A stretch of DNA of 64,000 nucleotides from an uncultured Actinomycetes bacterium (GCA_963725665.1 CAVRZA010000004.1:96001-160000); one strand, 5' to 3'; counted from the stretch's first letter, positions 38,215 to 51,014 are shown. A program made the numbers and translations. Notes: a model not told the origin generated them from the sequence alone.

Positions 38215-38631
38215 ATGAGCGACACCGGCAAGCGACCGGCCTACACAGCCGCGCATATCGACGACATTCCGTTCGAAGAGGGGGAATCGCCAGAGACCGA
38301 GTGGAAACCGATCCGGCGCTTCTTCGGCATCGGCTCCTTCGGCACCAACCTCGCCCGGGCCACCAGGGCGGGTGACATCCTTACCCACGACCACGACGAG
38401 ACGGGCGTGCGGCACGAGGAGCTGTTCCTGATTGTCAGCGGCCACGCCACGTTCAAGATCGACGGCGAGGAGATCGACGCGCCCGCCGGGACGTTCATCT
38501 ACGTTCCCGACCCCGCCACAGTGCGCGGTGCCGTCGCGCGCGAGGCCGGCACGGCCATGTTCATCGTGGGGGCCGAGCCCGGGGCCGTGTTCTCGCCCTC
38601 GGAGTGGGACACCGAGCCGTTGCCCGACTGA
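38215..38631 (+). CDS. Cupin domain protein
   Basis: IRRFFGIGSFG, HDHDE, HEELFLIVSGHATF, APAGTFI. Confidence 0.8.
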   Translation: MSDTGKRPAYTAAHIDDIPFEEGESPETEWKPIRRFFGIGSFGTNLARATRAGDILTHDHDETGVRHEELFLIVSGHATFKIDGEEIDAPAGTFIYVPDPATVRGAVAREAGTAMFIVGAEPGAVFSPSEWDTEPLPD

Positions 38632-38885
38632 GAGGAGTTCGACCTGTTTCTGTTCCGCGGGAGAGTAGCAGGGCATGCAAGTTGCCGGCGTGAATGCGGA
38701 CACAGCACTTATCGGCCCGAACGCCGGCGCTGTCGCGGGAACAAGGGTGGTCGCACCAGATGGGGTCCGAACTGCGAGCAGCAGCGGCGCCTGGATTGCG
38801 AACCCCCAATAAACGGAACAACACAAGAGCGGCAGCCGCAGAGCTGCTCGATCTGGCTTCGCGCCGGAAAGGAAGAGATCCCCAC

Positions 38886-40823
<1,938 letters not shown>

Positions 40824-40872
40824 CCGAACTGGCCCGAGAAGACCGGCGTCGGCGGCCTCGAGCGGCAGGGCA

Positions 40873-40916
40873 TTGTGGCGGCTAGCCCCTCCTTTTGTGG
40901 CGGCTAGCCCCTCCTT
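40873..40916 (+). repeat. Perfect 22-bp tandem duplication
   Basis: TTGTGGCGGCTAGCCCCTCCTT x2. Confidence 0.85.
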
Positions 40917-40962
40917 TTCTTCTTGCGCAAGGACATGGTGTATGGCCTGAGGCGTATCGCTG

Positions 40963-41277
40963 CTACTTCTTCGCCCGCGCCATCGCCGCTTTGCCAAACT
41001 CAACAAGGTCACTCACATTCTGAACGGGAGTGACTCTGAATTCCTGCGTGATGGCAATCGAATTCAAATAGCGGCCGATCGCTCCTAGACTGTCCGCTTC
41101 GAGAACGGCAAAGGCCACATGGTCGGGTGCGCCCCACAGCAGCGCATGCGCTTTGACATTCAACTCCTTGCCAACCTCCTCGAGTTTCCCCAGCGAGGCG
41201 AGGAGGTCCGGCATTCTTTCAGCATGATAGGCGGGACAATTGTCTGCGGTGTGCGTCATGCTGACATGGAACAGCAT
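40963..41277 (-). CDS. Small hypothetical protein (DUF3303/GYD-like ferredoxin fold)
   Basis: HTADNCP...PDHVAFAVLEADS...VTPV pattern; noticeably lower GC. Confidence 0.65.
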   Translation of the reverse strand: MLFHVSMTHTADNCPAYHAERMPDLLASLGKLEEVGKELNVKAHALLWGAPDHVAFAVLEADSLGAIGRYLNSIAITQEFRVTPVQNVSDLVEFGKAAMARAKK

Positions 41278-41479
41278 GGCTCTGGCCCCTTTCGAGTTGA
41301 GAGAGATGACAGTAGTTTGCCCACTGGGGATCTTGCTGATGTCCCAATGAGTGCCTGACTCGCTGGTCTGCTCTGAGATGAGGGAGAAGACTCATCCCAC
41401 AGCAGGTACCGCGATACTCACGGAGCCGCTAGCGCGAAGACGTCAGCGCTTTAGCGCGCATGCACCATCGAGGCTGGCC

Positions 41480-42421
41480 TCACTCGCCGCGTTGTGCCTG
41501 GTCCAGGAGAGCGCCCAGGCCCGGAGACTCGAGTTCAGGCAGCGCGACGGCCCACCGTACGAGGGACTCGTGCCAGTAGTCGAAGTCGGGATCCGGCTTG
41601 GGTTCGACGACCTGATCCGCGGCTGCAAAGAGCAAGGTCCAGGTGAACTGCGCCATGATACTGAACAAGCGTGCCCGGGCGACCTGGACCGGACGGCGAG
41701 CCTGAAAGTAGGTTTCGCAGAGTGCCTCGACCTGGTCGGGGGTGAGCCGCCCCTCGACGGCGACGTTGCCGAGCTCAAAGCATGGATCGTTCATGCCGCT
41801 GTAGTCATAGTCGATGATGCGGATCGTGCCCTTTTGATCGATGAAGTTCGGAGCATAGGCGTCGTTGTTGCAGGGAGCGAAGGGCAGGGCTCGAGCCTCA
41901 AGAGCTTTGCGAATCCGGTCCGCGGTCGGCATGTGTTCGAGGTAGCCCTCGGGAACGCGGATGCCCTCCGAGCGGAGGATCTCAAGGCCGTCGCTGAGGA
42001 TACCGAAGACCGTCTTCTCGTTGGCAAAGGGAGCGACTAGGGTGTGGAGCCGTCGGATACCCAGGGCGATCCGTGGGATGTAGTAGGGAGCGGCGAGGTC
42101 TGCCATCTCGAGTGTTCGTCCCTCGATGAACTCGAGAACCATGATCGCCGCCTGCGGGATCGCGTGCACGAGGCGCGCTCCTACACCCGCCTCTCCCGCC
42201 GCCCGGGTGTTGTGGATCAACTGGTCGTGCGGGATCATCAGTCCGTAGCCGCGGAAGTCGTCCATGAGGAACTTGACCACATACCGGTCGCTGGCAAAGT
42301 GGGCCACGTAGCTTTCGTGTGCTAGTCCGCCGGACAGGCGCTCGAAGCGTGTACGTTCTCGGTCCCAGCCCATGGATCTTGTGAGCCTATCGAGATTGCG
42401 GTTCTTCTTAGTGAGCATCAT
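41480..42421 (-). CDS. Choline/ethanolamine kinase-like phosphotransferase
   Basis: LSGGL, VLEFIEGRTL, PCNND..APNFI, IIDYDYSGMNDPCFELGN. Confidence 0.82.
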   Translation of the reverse strand: MMLTKKNRNLDRLTRSMGWDRERTRFERLSGGLAHESYVAHFASDRYVVKFLMDDFRGYGLMIPHDQLIHNTRAAGEAGVGARLVHAIPQAAIMVLEFIEGRTLEMADLAAPYYIPRIALGIRRLHTLVAPFANEKTVFGILSDGLEILRSEGIRVPEGYLEHMPTADRIRKALEARALPFAPCNNDAYAPNFIDQKGTIRIIDYDYSGMNDPCFELGNVAVEGRLTPDQVEALCETYFQARRPVQVARARLFSIMAQFTWTLLFAAADQVVEPKPDPDFDYWHESLVRWAVALPELESPGLGALLDQAQRGE

Positions 42422-42552
42422 CCATCACAGGGGAGTCACCGATCAGAAGGGCACTCGGGATTATCTACTGGTGTGAATTGCCCTGCAAATGCCCAGTCTC
42501 ACTGAGGAGCTGCCGACGAACTCCGCCGATCAGCTCCAAGGGCGACGCTGAC

Positions 42553-42663
42553 TCACCACATCCCTGTGGCGAAGCACCAGAGTGGCGTGGCCAGAGCGAG
42601 GATGGGCACGAGGACGATGATGAGAAGAGCCAAGGTTCGCTGCCATGACCGGCGTGACAACAT
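42553..42663 (-). CDS. 36-aa hydrophobic small protein
   Basis: MLSRRSWQRTLALLIIVLVPILALATPLWCFATGMW*; GGAGG RBS and upstream TACAAT; below the ORF-track cutoff. Confidence 0.55.
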   Translation of the reverse strand: MLSRRSWQRTLALLIIVLVPILALATPLWCFATGMW

Positions 42664-42812
42664 GACACCTCCAACCAACATCTCAGCGACGAGATCCGGC
42701 TTCATTGTAAGCGTCCGTCCTCGGCCTCTGGGGGAGACCGAAGTCTCCCGACGCCGAGCCTGAAAGGAGCGGGGCGGCGCACGGCGCCGCCCTGGCGGTC
42801 AGACTCTCTCGG

Positions 42813-43415
42813 TTAGTCTCCTTCGGCCAGGAGCGCGTAGATGCGCTTGCGCGCCTCGTCGAGGACGGCCTGCGCCCGGTCCACTTGCGCCGGCGAGCCC
42901 GTGGTGAGGAGCTGCTTGACGGCGGCGGCGAGGCCGAAGCCCGTCTGCCCCAGCTTGAAGCGAGGGTCGTCGGGCCCCGACATGCCCCAGCCGCCCCAGG
43001 GCGGTTCCTCGGCGCGTTGCTTGCTGGCCTCGGCCTGCTCGCGTCCCTTGTCGGTCAGCGTGTAGATGCGCCGGCTCTCGACTTCCTCGCTTGTGACGAG
43101 GCCCTGGTCCTCGAGCAGCTGCAGGGTCGGGTAGATGGAGCCCGCGCTTGGGTTCCAGAAGCCGCCGCTGCGCTCCTGCAGCCGCTGCATGATCTGGTAG
43201 CCATGCATGGACTCCTCGGCAAGCACGGCGAGGATGGCCGCGCGCACGTCGCCGCGCTTGGCACGCCCGAAGGGGCCGAAACCCCAAGCGTGATGGCCGT
43301 GGGGGCCGAACGGCCCCCTGTGGGCGAAACTGAAGGGTCGCCCGCCGCGGGCGCGCCCCCGGGGACCGAACCCGGGGCTGTCGCAGTCATTCCGTGGGGT
43401 CTCGCAAGGTGACAT
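42813..43415 (-). CDS. PadR-family regulator
   Basis: RGDVRAAILAVL, HGYQIM, PSAGSIYPTLQLLED, ARKRIYALLAE. Confidence 0.9.
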   Translation of the reverse strand: MSPCETPRNDCDSPGFGPRGRARGGRPFSFAHRGPFGPHGHHAWGFGPFGRAKRGDVRAAILAVLAEESMHGYQIMQRLQERSGGFWNPSAGSIYPTLQLLEDQGLVTSEEVESRRIYTLTDKGREQAEASKQRAEEPPWGGWGMSGPDDPRFKLGQTGFGLAAAVKQLLTTGSPAQVDRAQAVLDEARKRIYALLAEGD

Positions 43416-43793
43416 GCTTGCCTCCTCAATAAACGGTATAACGCGATATATTGTAATACCTCGTTACCGACCGTCAAGCAGGGGGCTTCGCCGCGAGCGC
43501 ATCTTCGCGCGCGGCATCACGATCCCCTGAGACGACGCGGCCATCGCGCGCTAGCCTTCCACCGCTGCTCGCGCGCGCCCACATCGCGGGCCTCAACCTG
43601 CCTCTTGTGGTGTCCCCACACACCATCGTCGAAGTGCCGACATTCTGCCGACGCAACTCGGCGGCGACGAGCGCAGACTGCTCGCGCAGCGACCCAAGGC
43701 GCACAAGGCGTTCCTGAGAGATGTACGGCCCTCCTTCTCCATCAAGTCAGCCGGGCCGCGTGTCGATACGAGTGAGCAAGGGGCTGCAGCGTT

Positions 43794-45593
43794 ATGACGG
43801 GGGGAGGTCCCACGGCGAGTCAATCGCACGCATCAGTGCACGCGAACGGTAGCGGTGACGCGGAGAAGCTGCGCGGTCCTCACGCTGACAGGAGCCGGAA
43901 GTCGAACCTCGTCCTCGCTCATCCGACTGTCCGCGCCTTGGTCGCCGCGCTCGGCGCGGCGTGTGCGCTTCTGGTGCTCGTCCCTGCCGCGTGGGCGGCC
44001 GTCTGGACGGCGTCGCCCGGCGCGCGTGTGTTCCCGTCGACCCGCCCAGGCGCGCAGCTCGCGGTCACCCTCAGAGCCGCGGGCGGCGAGTACAAAGGCC
44101 TCATTGTCGGCCTGCGAGCGGGCGTGCAGCGTCACGCATCCGTGACCTGGTCGGCGGACAGCGACCCACTGCTGGTGCAGCGCGCCATCCTCGACAAAGT
44201 CGCCTTCGTGCGCATCAGCCATCCCACGACGGGCACGGGAGCCAAAGCCGGCCTTTACCCCGATCCGCTACTGCCGCGCAGGTTCGGCCAGACGCTCACG
44301 GTGCCGGCGCACAGCTCTTCGCTCTACGTTCTCTTCCACGTTCCCTTCGGGACTCCGGGGGGCGTCTACTCGGGCACCCTCCACGTCGTTAACGGGACCG
44401 AGCAGGTGGATGTGCCGGTCGTGCTGCGAGTCTGGAGCTTCGGTTGGCAGCGCTTGAGCGTGCGCACGGGATTCATGCTTACCTCGCAGAACATCACCGG
44501 CGACCCGCTCGACACCTACACCATGCTCCAAGAGCACGGGGTGACGCCCATGGCGCCTGGGGCATACCCACGCGCTGCCGCCAATGGAGACATCAACGCT
44601 GCGCTGTACGAAGACAAGCTGCGGCCTTATCTCGCGAGCGATGGCCGCGACATGGTGACCGTTCGCCTGCCCTGGTCGAGCTTGTGGCCGAGCTACTCGT
44701 GGAAGTTCAGCTCGGCCGACTCGCGGCTGCTCAACTACCTCAAGCAGGTCTGCCGCGTCTATCGCGACAACGGTTGGGACAGCAAGGCCATTGGCTATCC
44801 GGTCGACGAGCCGACGAACACCTCGGCCGAGCGCCAGGCTGAGCGGCTGGCCCGGACGCTGCACAAGGCCAGCGCGACTGTCGGCTACCGCGCCAAGTTC
44901 TTCCTCACCGACGACCCGCGTCCGACGAGTCTGCAGGCGATGCTTCCGGCCAATCGCTTTCTCTGGGACGACGTGGATATCTGGTGTCTGCGCTACTACT
45001 ACTTCTTCGGGCGCGTGCCGATCCTGCGGCAGCTCCAGGCGAAAGGCCGCCAAGTCTGGTGGTACCCGTACTTCAACACCGCAGTCGCCAAGTTGCCGAA
45101 CTTCGTGATCGAGAAGCCACTCGCCGACCAGCGCGTCTGGGGTTGGCTCATGTACCAGTGGAACGTCGACGGCATGTTGTACTGGGGAGTCAACCGCTGG
45201 AGCGCCCCCGGCGGCGGCAGGCGCGATCCCTACAAGAACCCGCTGTCGTTCAGGTACTCGGATGGCCGTGTCGCCAACGGGGAGGCCAGCCTCATCTACC
45301 CCGGGTACTACCCCAGCTACGGCCTGGACGACCGCTCGGCGCCGCCCGTGTCGTCGCTGCGTCTGGAATCATTGCGCGACGGGTTCCAGGACCGCGAATA
45401 CCTGCTCCTCGCGACCAAGCTCTTCGGCGCGAGCTACGTCCGCTCAGTCGTCAAGAGCGTGACTTGGTATCCCTACCGGGTGCGGTACGGGCACGTGTTC
45501 GAGTTCCCGAAGTACAAGACGACGGTCTCGGCCTTCAACACCGCCCGCATGAAGCTCGCCCAGCGCATCGAGCAGGTGGTTACGACTCCGTAG
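43794..45593 (+). CDS. Secreted DUF4091/GH123-like putative glycoside hydrolase
   Basis: Signal ending AWA, YPDPLLP, DEP, GMLYW, NGEASLIYPG, SSLRLESLRDGFQDREYL; start uncertain. Confidence 0.75.
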   Translation: MTGGGPTASQSHASVHANGSGDAEKLRGPHADRSRKSNLVLAHPTVRALVAALGAACALLVLVPAAWAAVWTASPGARVFPSTRPGAQLAVTLRAAGGEYKGLIVGLRAGVQRHASVTWSADSDPLLVQRAILDKVAFVRISHPTTGTGAKAGLYPDPLLPRRFGQTLTVPAHSSSLYVLFHVPFGTPGGVYSGTLHVVNGTEQVDVPVVLRVWSFGWQRLSVRTGFMLTSQNITGDPLDTYTMLQEHGVTPMAPGAYPRAAANGDINAALYEDKLRPYLASDGRDMVTVRLPWSSLWPSYSWKFSSADSRLLNYLKQVCRVYRDNGWDSKAIGYPVDEPTNTSAERQAERLARTLHKASATVGYRAKFFLTDDPRPTSLQAMLPANRFLWDDVDIWCLRYYYFFGRVPILRQLQAKGRQVWWYPYFNTAVAKLPNFVIEKPLADQRVWGWLMYQWNVDGMLYWGVNRWSAPGGGRRDPYKNPLSFRYSDGRVANGEASLIYPGYYPSYGLDDRSAPPVSSLRLESLRDGFQDREYLLLATKLFGASYVRSVVKSVTWYPYRVRYGHVFEFPKYKTTVSAFNTARMKLAQRIEQVVTTP

Positions 45594-45645
45594 ACGACTG
45601 CGGCGAGCGGGCGTCCGACAGGGTTGGGACTGCGATCGCCCCGAC

Positions 45646-46260
45646 CTAGCACCGCAGCGCAAGGCACAGCCCGTCTCTCTCCGGGGAATGCCCTGGCAGG
45701 AATGCCAGGAAGGACACCGGCCGCCATCCCCTGTCGCTGAAAATGGCCCGGCTGAAGGGATCCGCATCGGGAAAGGCGACATTGTCGGTCACCAGCAATC
45801 CCCTCGGTCGCAACAGGCGATGGCATTCGGGCAAAGCGCGAGCGTAGTCGGCTTTCTCGATGTCCATGAAGATGAGGTCGAATCCGCCCTCGATCCGGGG
45901 TAGGTGGGCGAACACATCGCCGCAGATGACGTTGGCCTGCTCCGCCAGGCCGGCGCGTTCCAGGTTCTTGCGTGCGCGCGCGGCGAGTGCATCATCGAGC
46001 TCCAGGGTCGTTACCATGCCCGCGTTCATGGCACAGGCGCGCGCGAGAAAGATGGCCGAATAACCCGTGGCCGTTCCGAGCTCGAGGATGGCCGTAGCGT
46101 CGATGGCTCGAGAAAGGACGAACAGAAGCTCACCGACCACCGGGCCCACAATCGGGATGTTCTCCGCTTCGGCCTCCATCTCCAGTCCCTGTAACAGCGG
46201 GTCGTCTTTCAGGGCGAACTGGCTGAAGTAGGCTTCCGGCTCATCCACGATCTTCGACAC
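45646..46260 (-). CDS. SAM-dependent O-methyltransferase
   Basis: ILELGTATGYS, FDLIFMD, LVTDNV. Confidence 0.85.
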   Translation of the reverse strand: MSKIVDEPEAYFSQFALKDDPLLQGLEMEAEAENIPIVGPVVGELLFVLSRAIDATAILELGTATGYSAIFLARACAMNAGMVTTLELDDALAARARKNLERAGLAEQANVICGDVFAHLPRIEGGFDLIFMDIEKADYARALPECHRLLRPRGLLVTDNVAFPDADPFSRAIFSDRGWRPVSFLAFLPGHSPERDGLCLALRC

Positions 46261-46591
46261 GACGGCCACCTTTCGGACCTTCTCAACAGAGCCTCGACCA
46301 CGCGCGAAGCCGCGCCGGCTGGTCAACCGCAGGGGCTTCACGAAAGCCTGGTTCCCGCAAGGTCGGCACCAGACTAGCATTGGGAGGGCTATGGCTTGGT
46401 CACCCCCGAACCGACAGACGCTCCTCCGCACGCTCAGTCCGCTCGACCCGACCGACCTCATCTCAACCCAGGCAGCCCGCGGCCAGGGCAACACTTGCAC
46501 GGCGACGTTGCCGGTAGTAGAGCAGACACACACGCCGCGGCCAGAGGCACCACAACAGACGACGGCGGACCACACGAAAGGGGTGGGAGAG

Positions 46592-46885
46592 ATGCCGATG
46601 TACGTCGGGCTCTACAAGTTCACCGCCAAGGGGGCCAACGACATGAAGAGCCTCCCCGAGCGCGTCAAAGAAAGCGTCAAGGTCTGGGAGGCGTTGGGCG
46701 GAAAGACGATCGCGGTCCTCGCCACAATGGGCCGGTACGACATGGTGACCGTGGGTGAAGGGCCCAGCGACGAGATGGCAGCCACGTTTGCCTCCGGGCT
46801 GGCGGCGAGGGGCTATGTAGCCACCGAGACCCTTCGCGCCTTTACCATGGAGGAGTGTGCCGCGCTGCTGGCCAAGCTCCCGTGA
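46592..46885 (+). CDS. GYD domain protein
   Basis: YKFTAKG, TMGRYD, TETLRAF. Confidence 0.85.
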   Translation: MPMYVGLYKFTAKGANDMKSLPERVKESVKVWEALGGKTIAVLATMGRYDMVTVGEGPSDEMAATFASGLAARGYVATETLRAFTMEECAALLAKLP

Positions 46886-47141
46886 GGAAGCGCTCTAGCC
46901 GCAGCCACCGATCGCGGCGCCCGCTGGCCGCGGCGCCGTCGGACCGGTGAATACCCGCGTAGCCACAGCTCGGCTCTGATCCCGCCATCGGTCGTTGAGG
47001 CCTGACCTCCACGACGCGGCAACGAGGTCGCCAGGGACGTGAGAGCTTCCCTGCCGTCGAACCACGCGCGCTGCGTAGCCAGCCTATGCCGTCATGTAGT
47101 GTGTTGCGCTGGATACTGGACTGGGAGGGGAGACTACGACG

Positions 47142-48647
47142 ATGAGCGCGAACGGAAGCGACGGAGATCCGAGGAGCGAAGGCCGCGCAGAGCGAGACGT
47201 CCATGCGCGTGCGGGGCGGTCATCTGCATTCGCGCGTGACTCCGCGCTCGTCAGCGCGGAGGAATGGGCGGCCAGGGGGAAGGCCGCGCGTGAGGACGCT
47301 CCCAGGCCGAGCCACGGGGAGTGGAAGGCGGCGGCGAACCGGCCGGATCCGGTGGCGCTCCTCGAAAAGCAGGCGGAAAGCCGGGTCCCGGACCTGGTGC
47401 CCATACGCCACGGGCGGATGCTGGCCTCACCGTCGACGTTCTACCGGGGCGCCGCGCTCATCATGGCGGCGGACCTCGCCGGCACGCCGGTCTCGGGCTT
47501 CGAGGTGCAGCTCTGCGGCGACGCGCACCTGCTGAACTTCGGCGTCTTCGCGTCGCCCGAGCGCCAGATGCTCTTCGACATCAACGACTTCGACGAGACG
47601 CTGCCGGGCCCGTGGGAGTGGGACGTGAAACGCCTTGCGGCGAGCTTCGAGGTCGCGGGCCGCGACCTCGGGTTCTCCGCCGCCGACCGCCGCGACATCG
47701 TTCTTGCAGGCGTGCGCGAGTACCGGGACGCGATGCGCCGGGCCGCAAGGATGGGGGCGCTCGATGCCTGGTACGCACACCTGACCGTCGAGGACCTCAC
47801 GGCCTGGATCGGCGCCGAGGTGCGCGCCGGCCGCCTTGGCAACAAGGAGGCCAAGGAGGCGGCCGGCGATGTGGCCAAGGCCAGGGCGCGGGTGCACGAG
47901 CGCTCGTTCCGCCGGCTCGCCGGCGAGGTCGACGGGAAGCTCCGCATCATCGCCGATCCTCCGCTCATAGTGCCGATCGACGATCTGGTGCTTCCGGGGA
48001 CGGCCCGCGAGGAGACGGAGGAGTGGATGCGCTCGCTGGTCCGCGCCTACCGGCGCTCGCTGGCACAGAGCCGCCACCCGATCGAGGAGTACCGCTACGT
48101 TGACACGGCCCGCAAGGTCGTCGGCGTCGGTAGCGTGGGGACGCGCGCCTGGATCTTTCTGTTCCTCGGCCGCCAGCGTCAGGCCCCACTGTTCCTGCAG
48201 GCGAAGGAGGCACAGGCGTCGGTCCTGGAGCCGTTCGTCGGCAGGAGCCGGTACGCGAACCACGGTCGGCGCGTCGTCGAGGGCCAGCGCCTGATGCAGG
48301 CGGCGAGCGACATATTCCTCGGCTGGCTGCGTCTCGAGGGCCTCGACGGCCGAGCACGCGACTACTACGTGCGCCAGCTTCACGACTGGAAGGGCGCCAT
48401 CGAGGTCGAGACCTTCCGCGTGCCGGGCGCGACGCTGTACGCCCGCCTGTGTGGAGCCACCTTGGCGCGGGCGCACGCCCGTCTCGGCGAACGGGTGGCG
48501 ATCGCCTCGTATCTCGGCAAGGGCGACGTCTTCGATCGGGCGATCGCCGACTTCTCCGTCGCCTACGCCGACCAGAACGAGCGCGACTACGAAGCCTTCG
48601 TGACGGCCGTGCGCGCTGGGAAGCTCAGTGCGGAGACGGGTCTCTAG
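47142..48647 (+). CDS. DUF2252 family protein
   Basis: RHGRM, FYRGAA, CGDAHLLNFG, FDINDFDE, KVVGVGSVGTR. Confidence 0.88.
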   Translation: MSANGSDGDPRSEGRAERDVHARAGRSSAFARDSALVSAEEWAARGKAAREDAPRPSHGEWKAAANRPDPVALLEKQAESRVPDLVPIRHGRMLASPSTFYRGAALIMAADLAGTPVSGFEVQLCGDAHLLNFGVFASPERQMLFDINDFDETLPGPWEWDVKRLAASFEVAGRDLGFSAADRRDIVLAGVREYRDAMRRAARMGALDAWYAHLTVEDLTAWIGAEVRAGRLGNKEAKEAAGDVAKARARVHERSFRRLAGEVDGKLRIIADPPLIVPIDDLVLPGTAREETEEWMRSLVRAYRRSLAQSRHPIEEYRYVDTARKVVGVGSVGTRAWIFLFLGRQRQAPLFLQAKEAQASVLEPFVGRSRYANHGRRVVEGQRLMQAASDIFLGWLRLEGLDGRARDYYVRQLHDWKGAIEVETFRVPGATLYARLCGATLARAHARLGERVAIASYLGKGDVFDRAIADFSVAYADQNERDYEAFVTAVRAGKLSAETGL

Positions 48648-48768
48648 CGCGGGCGACGATGCGGCCGGGCGCGCGTTGCGTCAGGCGTGTCCGTTCGTTT
48701 GCTCGCACGACGTCGCGTCCCCTCCTCGGCTGCATCCATGAGCTCCGGTTGACAGGCAGGCTGATCGA

Positions 48769-50259
48769 ATGGAAGGTCTCCCCATGGACCACGTTGTCGA
48801 TGACCGCGGTGACCTGTGCTACCTGCCGGCGACCGAGGCTCTGCGGCTGTTCAGGGAAAGGCGGCTCTCCCCGGTCGAGCTCATGGCGGCTGTCATCGCC
48901 CGCGCCGAGGCTGTGGAACCGGCGGTCAACGCGCTGTGTGTGACCTACTTCGACGAGGCCCTCGCCGCGGCCAGGAAGGCCGAAGACACGTATATGGGCC
49001 GCGGCGACGATCCGCGGCCCCTCGCCGGCATCCCGGTGGCGATCAAGGACGAGATGCCGATCGCCGGCCAGCCCTGCTCGGGCGGGTCGCTGCTCACCAA
49101 GGACCTGATCGCCGACGAGACGGCCATCGTCGCGCAGCGCATCCTGGCGGCGGGCGGCATCGTGCATGCGCGCACGACGACGCCCGAGTTCAGTTGCGCC
49201 GGCTTCACGCACTCGCGCCTGTGGGGCGTGACGCGCAACCCCTGGAACCCAGAGTATGCCGTTGGCGGCTCCTCGGGCGGCTCCGCCGCCGCTCTCGCCT
49301 GTGGCAGCGCGACACTGGCCACCGGCTCAGACATCGGCGGCTCCATCCGCCTGCCGGCCTCCTTCAACGGTGTGGTCGGCTTCAAGCCGCCCTTCGGCCG
49401 CGTGCCCGAAGAAGCGCCCTACAACCTTGACCAGTACTGCCACGAGGGTCCCTTGGCGCGCACGGTGGCCGACTGCGCCCTGTTCGAGAACGTGATCAGC
49501 GGGCCGCACCCCGACGACCTCGTCTGCGTCGCCCCGAAGCTGGAGATCCCCGATCAGTTTGAGGGGATCGAGGGCATGAGGGTCGCACTCGTCGAGACCC
49601 CCGGCGACTGGCCGATCGACCCCGACGTGGCGGCCAACACTCGCGCCACAGGGCAGGCGTTCGGGGAGGCCGGCGCGCTCGTCGACGAGGTGGAGCTCGC
49701 CGTCCGCAGGAAGGACGTCGTGTCGGCCATGCTGGTCCACTTCGGCGCCATCTTCGCCGCCGACATCCTGCAGGACGTGCAGGCGCACCGCGAACTGCTG
49801 ACTCCCTATGCTCTCCACATGGTCGAGCGCTCGGCGGCAGCGCTCCGCGAGATCGGCTTCATCGAAGGCCTGCGCATGGAAGCCGACATCACGGCTGCGA
49901 TCGGCAGGGTCTTTGCCGAGCACGACCTGCTGCTGCTGCCCACCGTGGTCACACGGGGCTTCGTCGCCGGCGACGACTATGTGGACCACGGTGTGACGGT
50001 CGGAGGAGAGGAGCTGCCCGAGTACTTCCACGCCTTCCTCACGCCGCTCTTCAACATCGCCAGCCGTTGCCCGGTGCTCAACGTGCCCTCGGGCTTCGCC
50101 GACAACGGGGTGCCGACGGGTGTGCAGATCGTCGGCCGCCCTTATGAGGACGTGAGCGTCTTTCGCGCGGGCGCCGCCTACGAGCGTCTGCGCCCCTGGC
50201 TCGACGCGGCGGAGCGGCGCCCGCTGCAGTCGTCGGCGGCGGCATCACCCCGGCCGTAG
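48769..50259 (+). CDS. Amidase-signature family amidase
   Basis: GIPVAIKD, GGSSGGS, GSDIGGSIRLPA. Confidence 0.92.
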   Translation: MEGLPMDHVVDDRGDLCYLPATEALRLFRERRLSPVELMAAVIARAEAVEPAVNALCVTYFDEALAAARKAEDTYMGRGDDPRPLAGIPVAIKDEMPIAGQPCSGGSLLTKDLIADETAIVAQRILAAGGIVHARTTTPEFSCAGFTHSRLWGVTRNPWNPEYAVGGSSGGSAAALACGSATLATGSDIGGSIRLPASFNGVVGFKPPFGRVPEEAPYNLDQYCHEGPLARTVADCALFENVISGPHPDDLVCVAPKLEIPDQFEGIEGMRVALVETPGDWPIDPDVAANTRATGQAFGEAGALVDEVELAVRRKDVVSAMLVHFGAIFAADILQDVQAHRELLTPYALHMVERSAAALREIGFIEGLRMEADITAAIGRVFAEHDLLLLPTVVTRGFVAGDDYVDHGVTVGGEELPEYFHAFLTPLFNIASRCPVLNVPSGFADNGVPTGVQIVGRPYEDVSVFRAGAAYERLRPWLDAAERRPLQSSAAASPRP

Positions 50260-50293
50260 TCGTGAGCAACGGGACAAGCACGGAGTCCACGGC

Positions 50294-50971
50294 GTGACCG
50301 AACCGCGAGATCTGCCCGCCGGCGTGTTCTCATCCTGGCTTCGTCGCATGCGGATCGCGCAACTGGATGACAGGGGAGTTGCCGTCCCCTGCGGTGAGTG
50401 CGCTGCCTGCTGCAGGTCGTCCTACTTCATCCACATTGGGCGCGACGAGGCCCAGACTCTTGCTCGGATACCTGGCGAGCTCCTCTTTGCGGCGCCCGAT
50501 CTGCCCCAGGGCAATGTGCTGTTGGGCTACGATGGGCGAGGGCGCTGCCCCATGTTGCGCGACGCTGCGTGCTCGATCTATGGGGATCGGCCACTGACGT
50601 GCCGCAGCTACGACTGCCGGGTGTACACCGCAGCCGGGGTCGATGCGGACAGGGCACTTATCACTGAGCGCGCGCGGCGGTGGGCGTTCAGCTATCCGAC
50701 CAAGGCCGACCGCGACCAGCACGCGGCGGTACGGGCTGCCGCGAGGTTCTTGCGCGAGCATACCGAGTGCTTCCCGGGCGGGGCGGTTCCGGGCGACCTC
50801 GCGCAAGTGGCCGTCCTCGCGGTCAAGGTCTACGAGGTCTTCCTCGACTACGGCGACGGGTCCGGCGGGGCCTGGCGTGCATCTGCGGATCGCACCACAG
50901 CCAGAGCGGTTATGGAGGTCAACGAGAAGTTCGAGGCCGGGCGTGATGCGCCAGAGGCTCAGCCCGGTTAG
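50294..50971 (+). CDS. YkgJ-family Cys-cluster (Zn/Fe-chelating) protein
   Basis: CGECAACC, CPML, CSIYGDRPLTCRSYDC. Confidence 0.82.
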   Translation: MTEPRDLPAGVFSSWLRRMRIAQLDDRGVAVPCGECAACCRSSYFIHIGRDEAQTLARIPGELLFAAPDLPQGNVLLGYDGRGRCPMLRDAACSIYGDRPLTCRSYDCRVYTAAGVDADRALITERARRWAFSYPTKADRDQHAAVRAAARFLREHTECFPGGAVPGDLAQVAVLAVKVYEVFLDYGDGSGGAWRASADRTTARAVMEVNEKFEAGRDAPEAQPG

Positions 50972-51014
50972 CTGGTGGGCCGCCGAGGTGTGCCGGCTGC
51001 TGCGGGAGGTCGCG

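Noticed and set aside
40873-40916. 22-bp tandem duplication as an IS target-site scar
   Set aside because: Longer than typical target duplications, with no IS ends; kept only as a repeat feature.
46400-46440. Partial c-di-AMP (ydaO) riboswitch-like CCCGAACCGACAG
   Set aside because: The 5' half (GGGGA...GGGUGAA) and the 3' CUCG/AGGC elements are missing.
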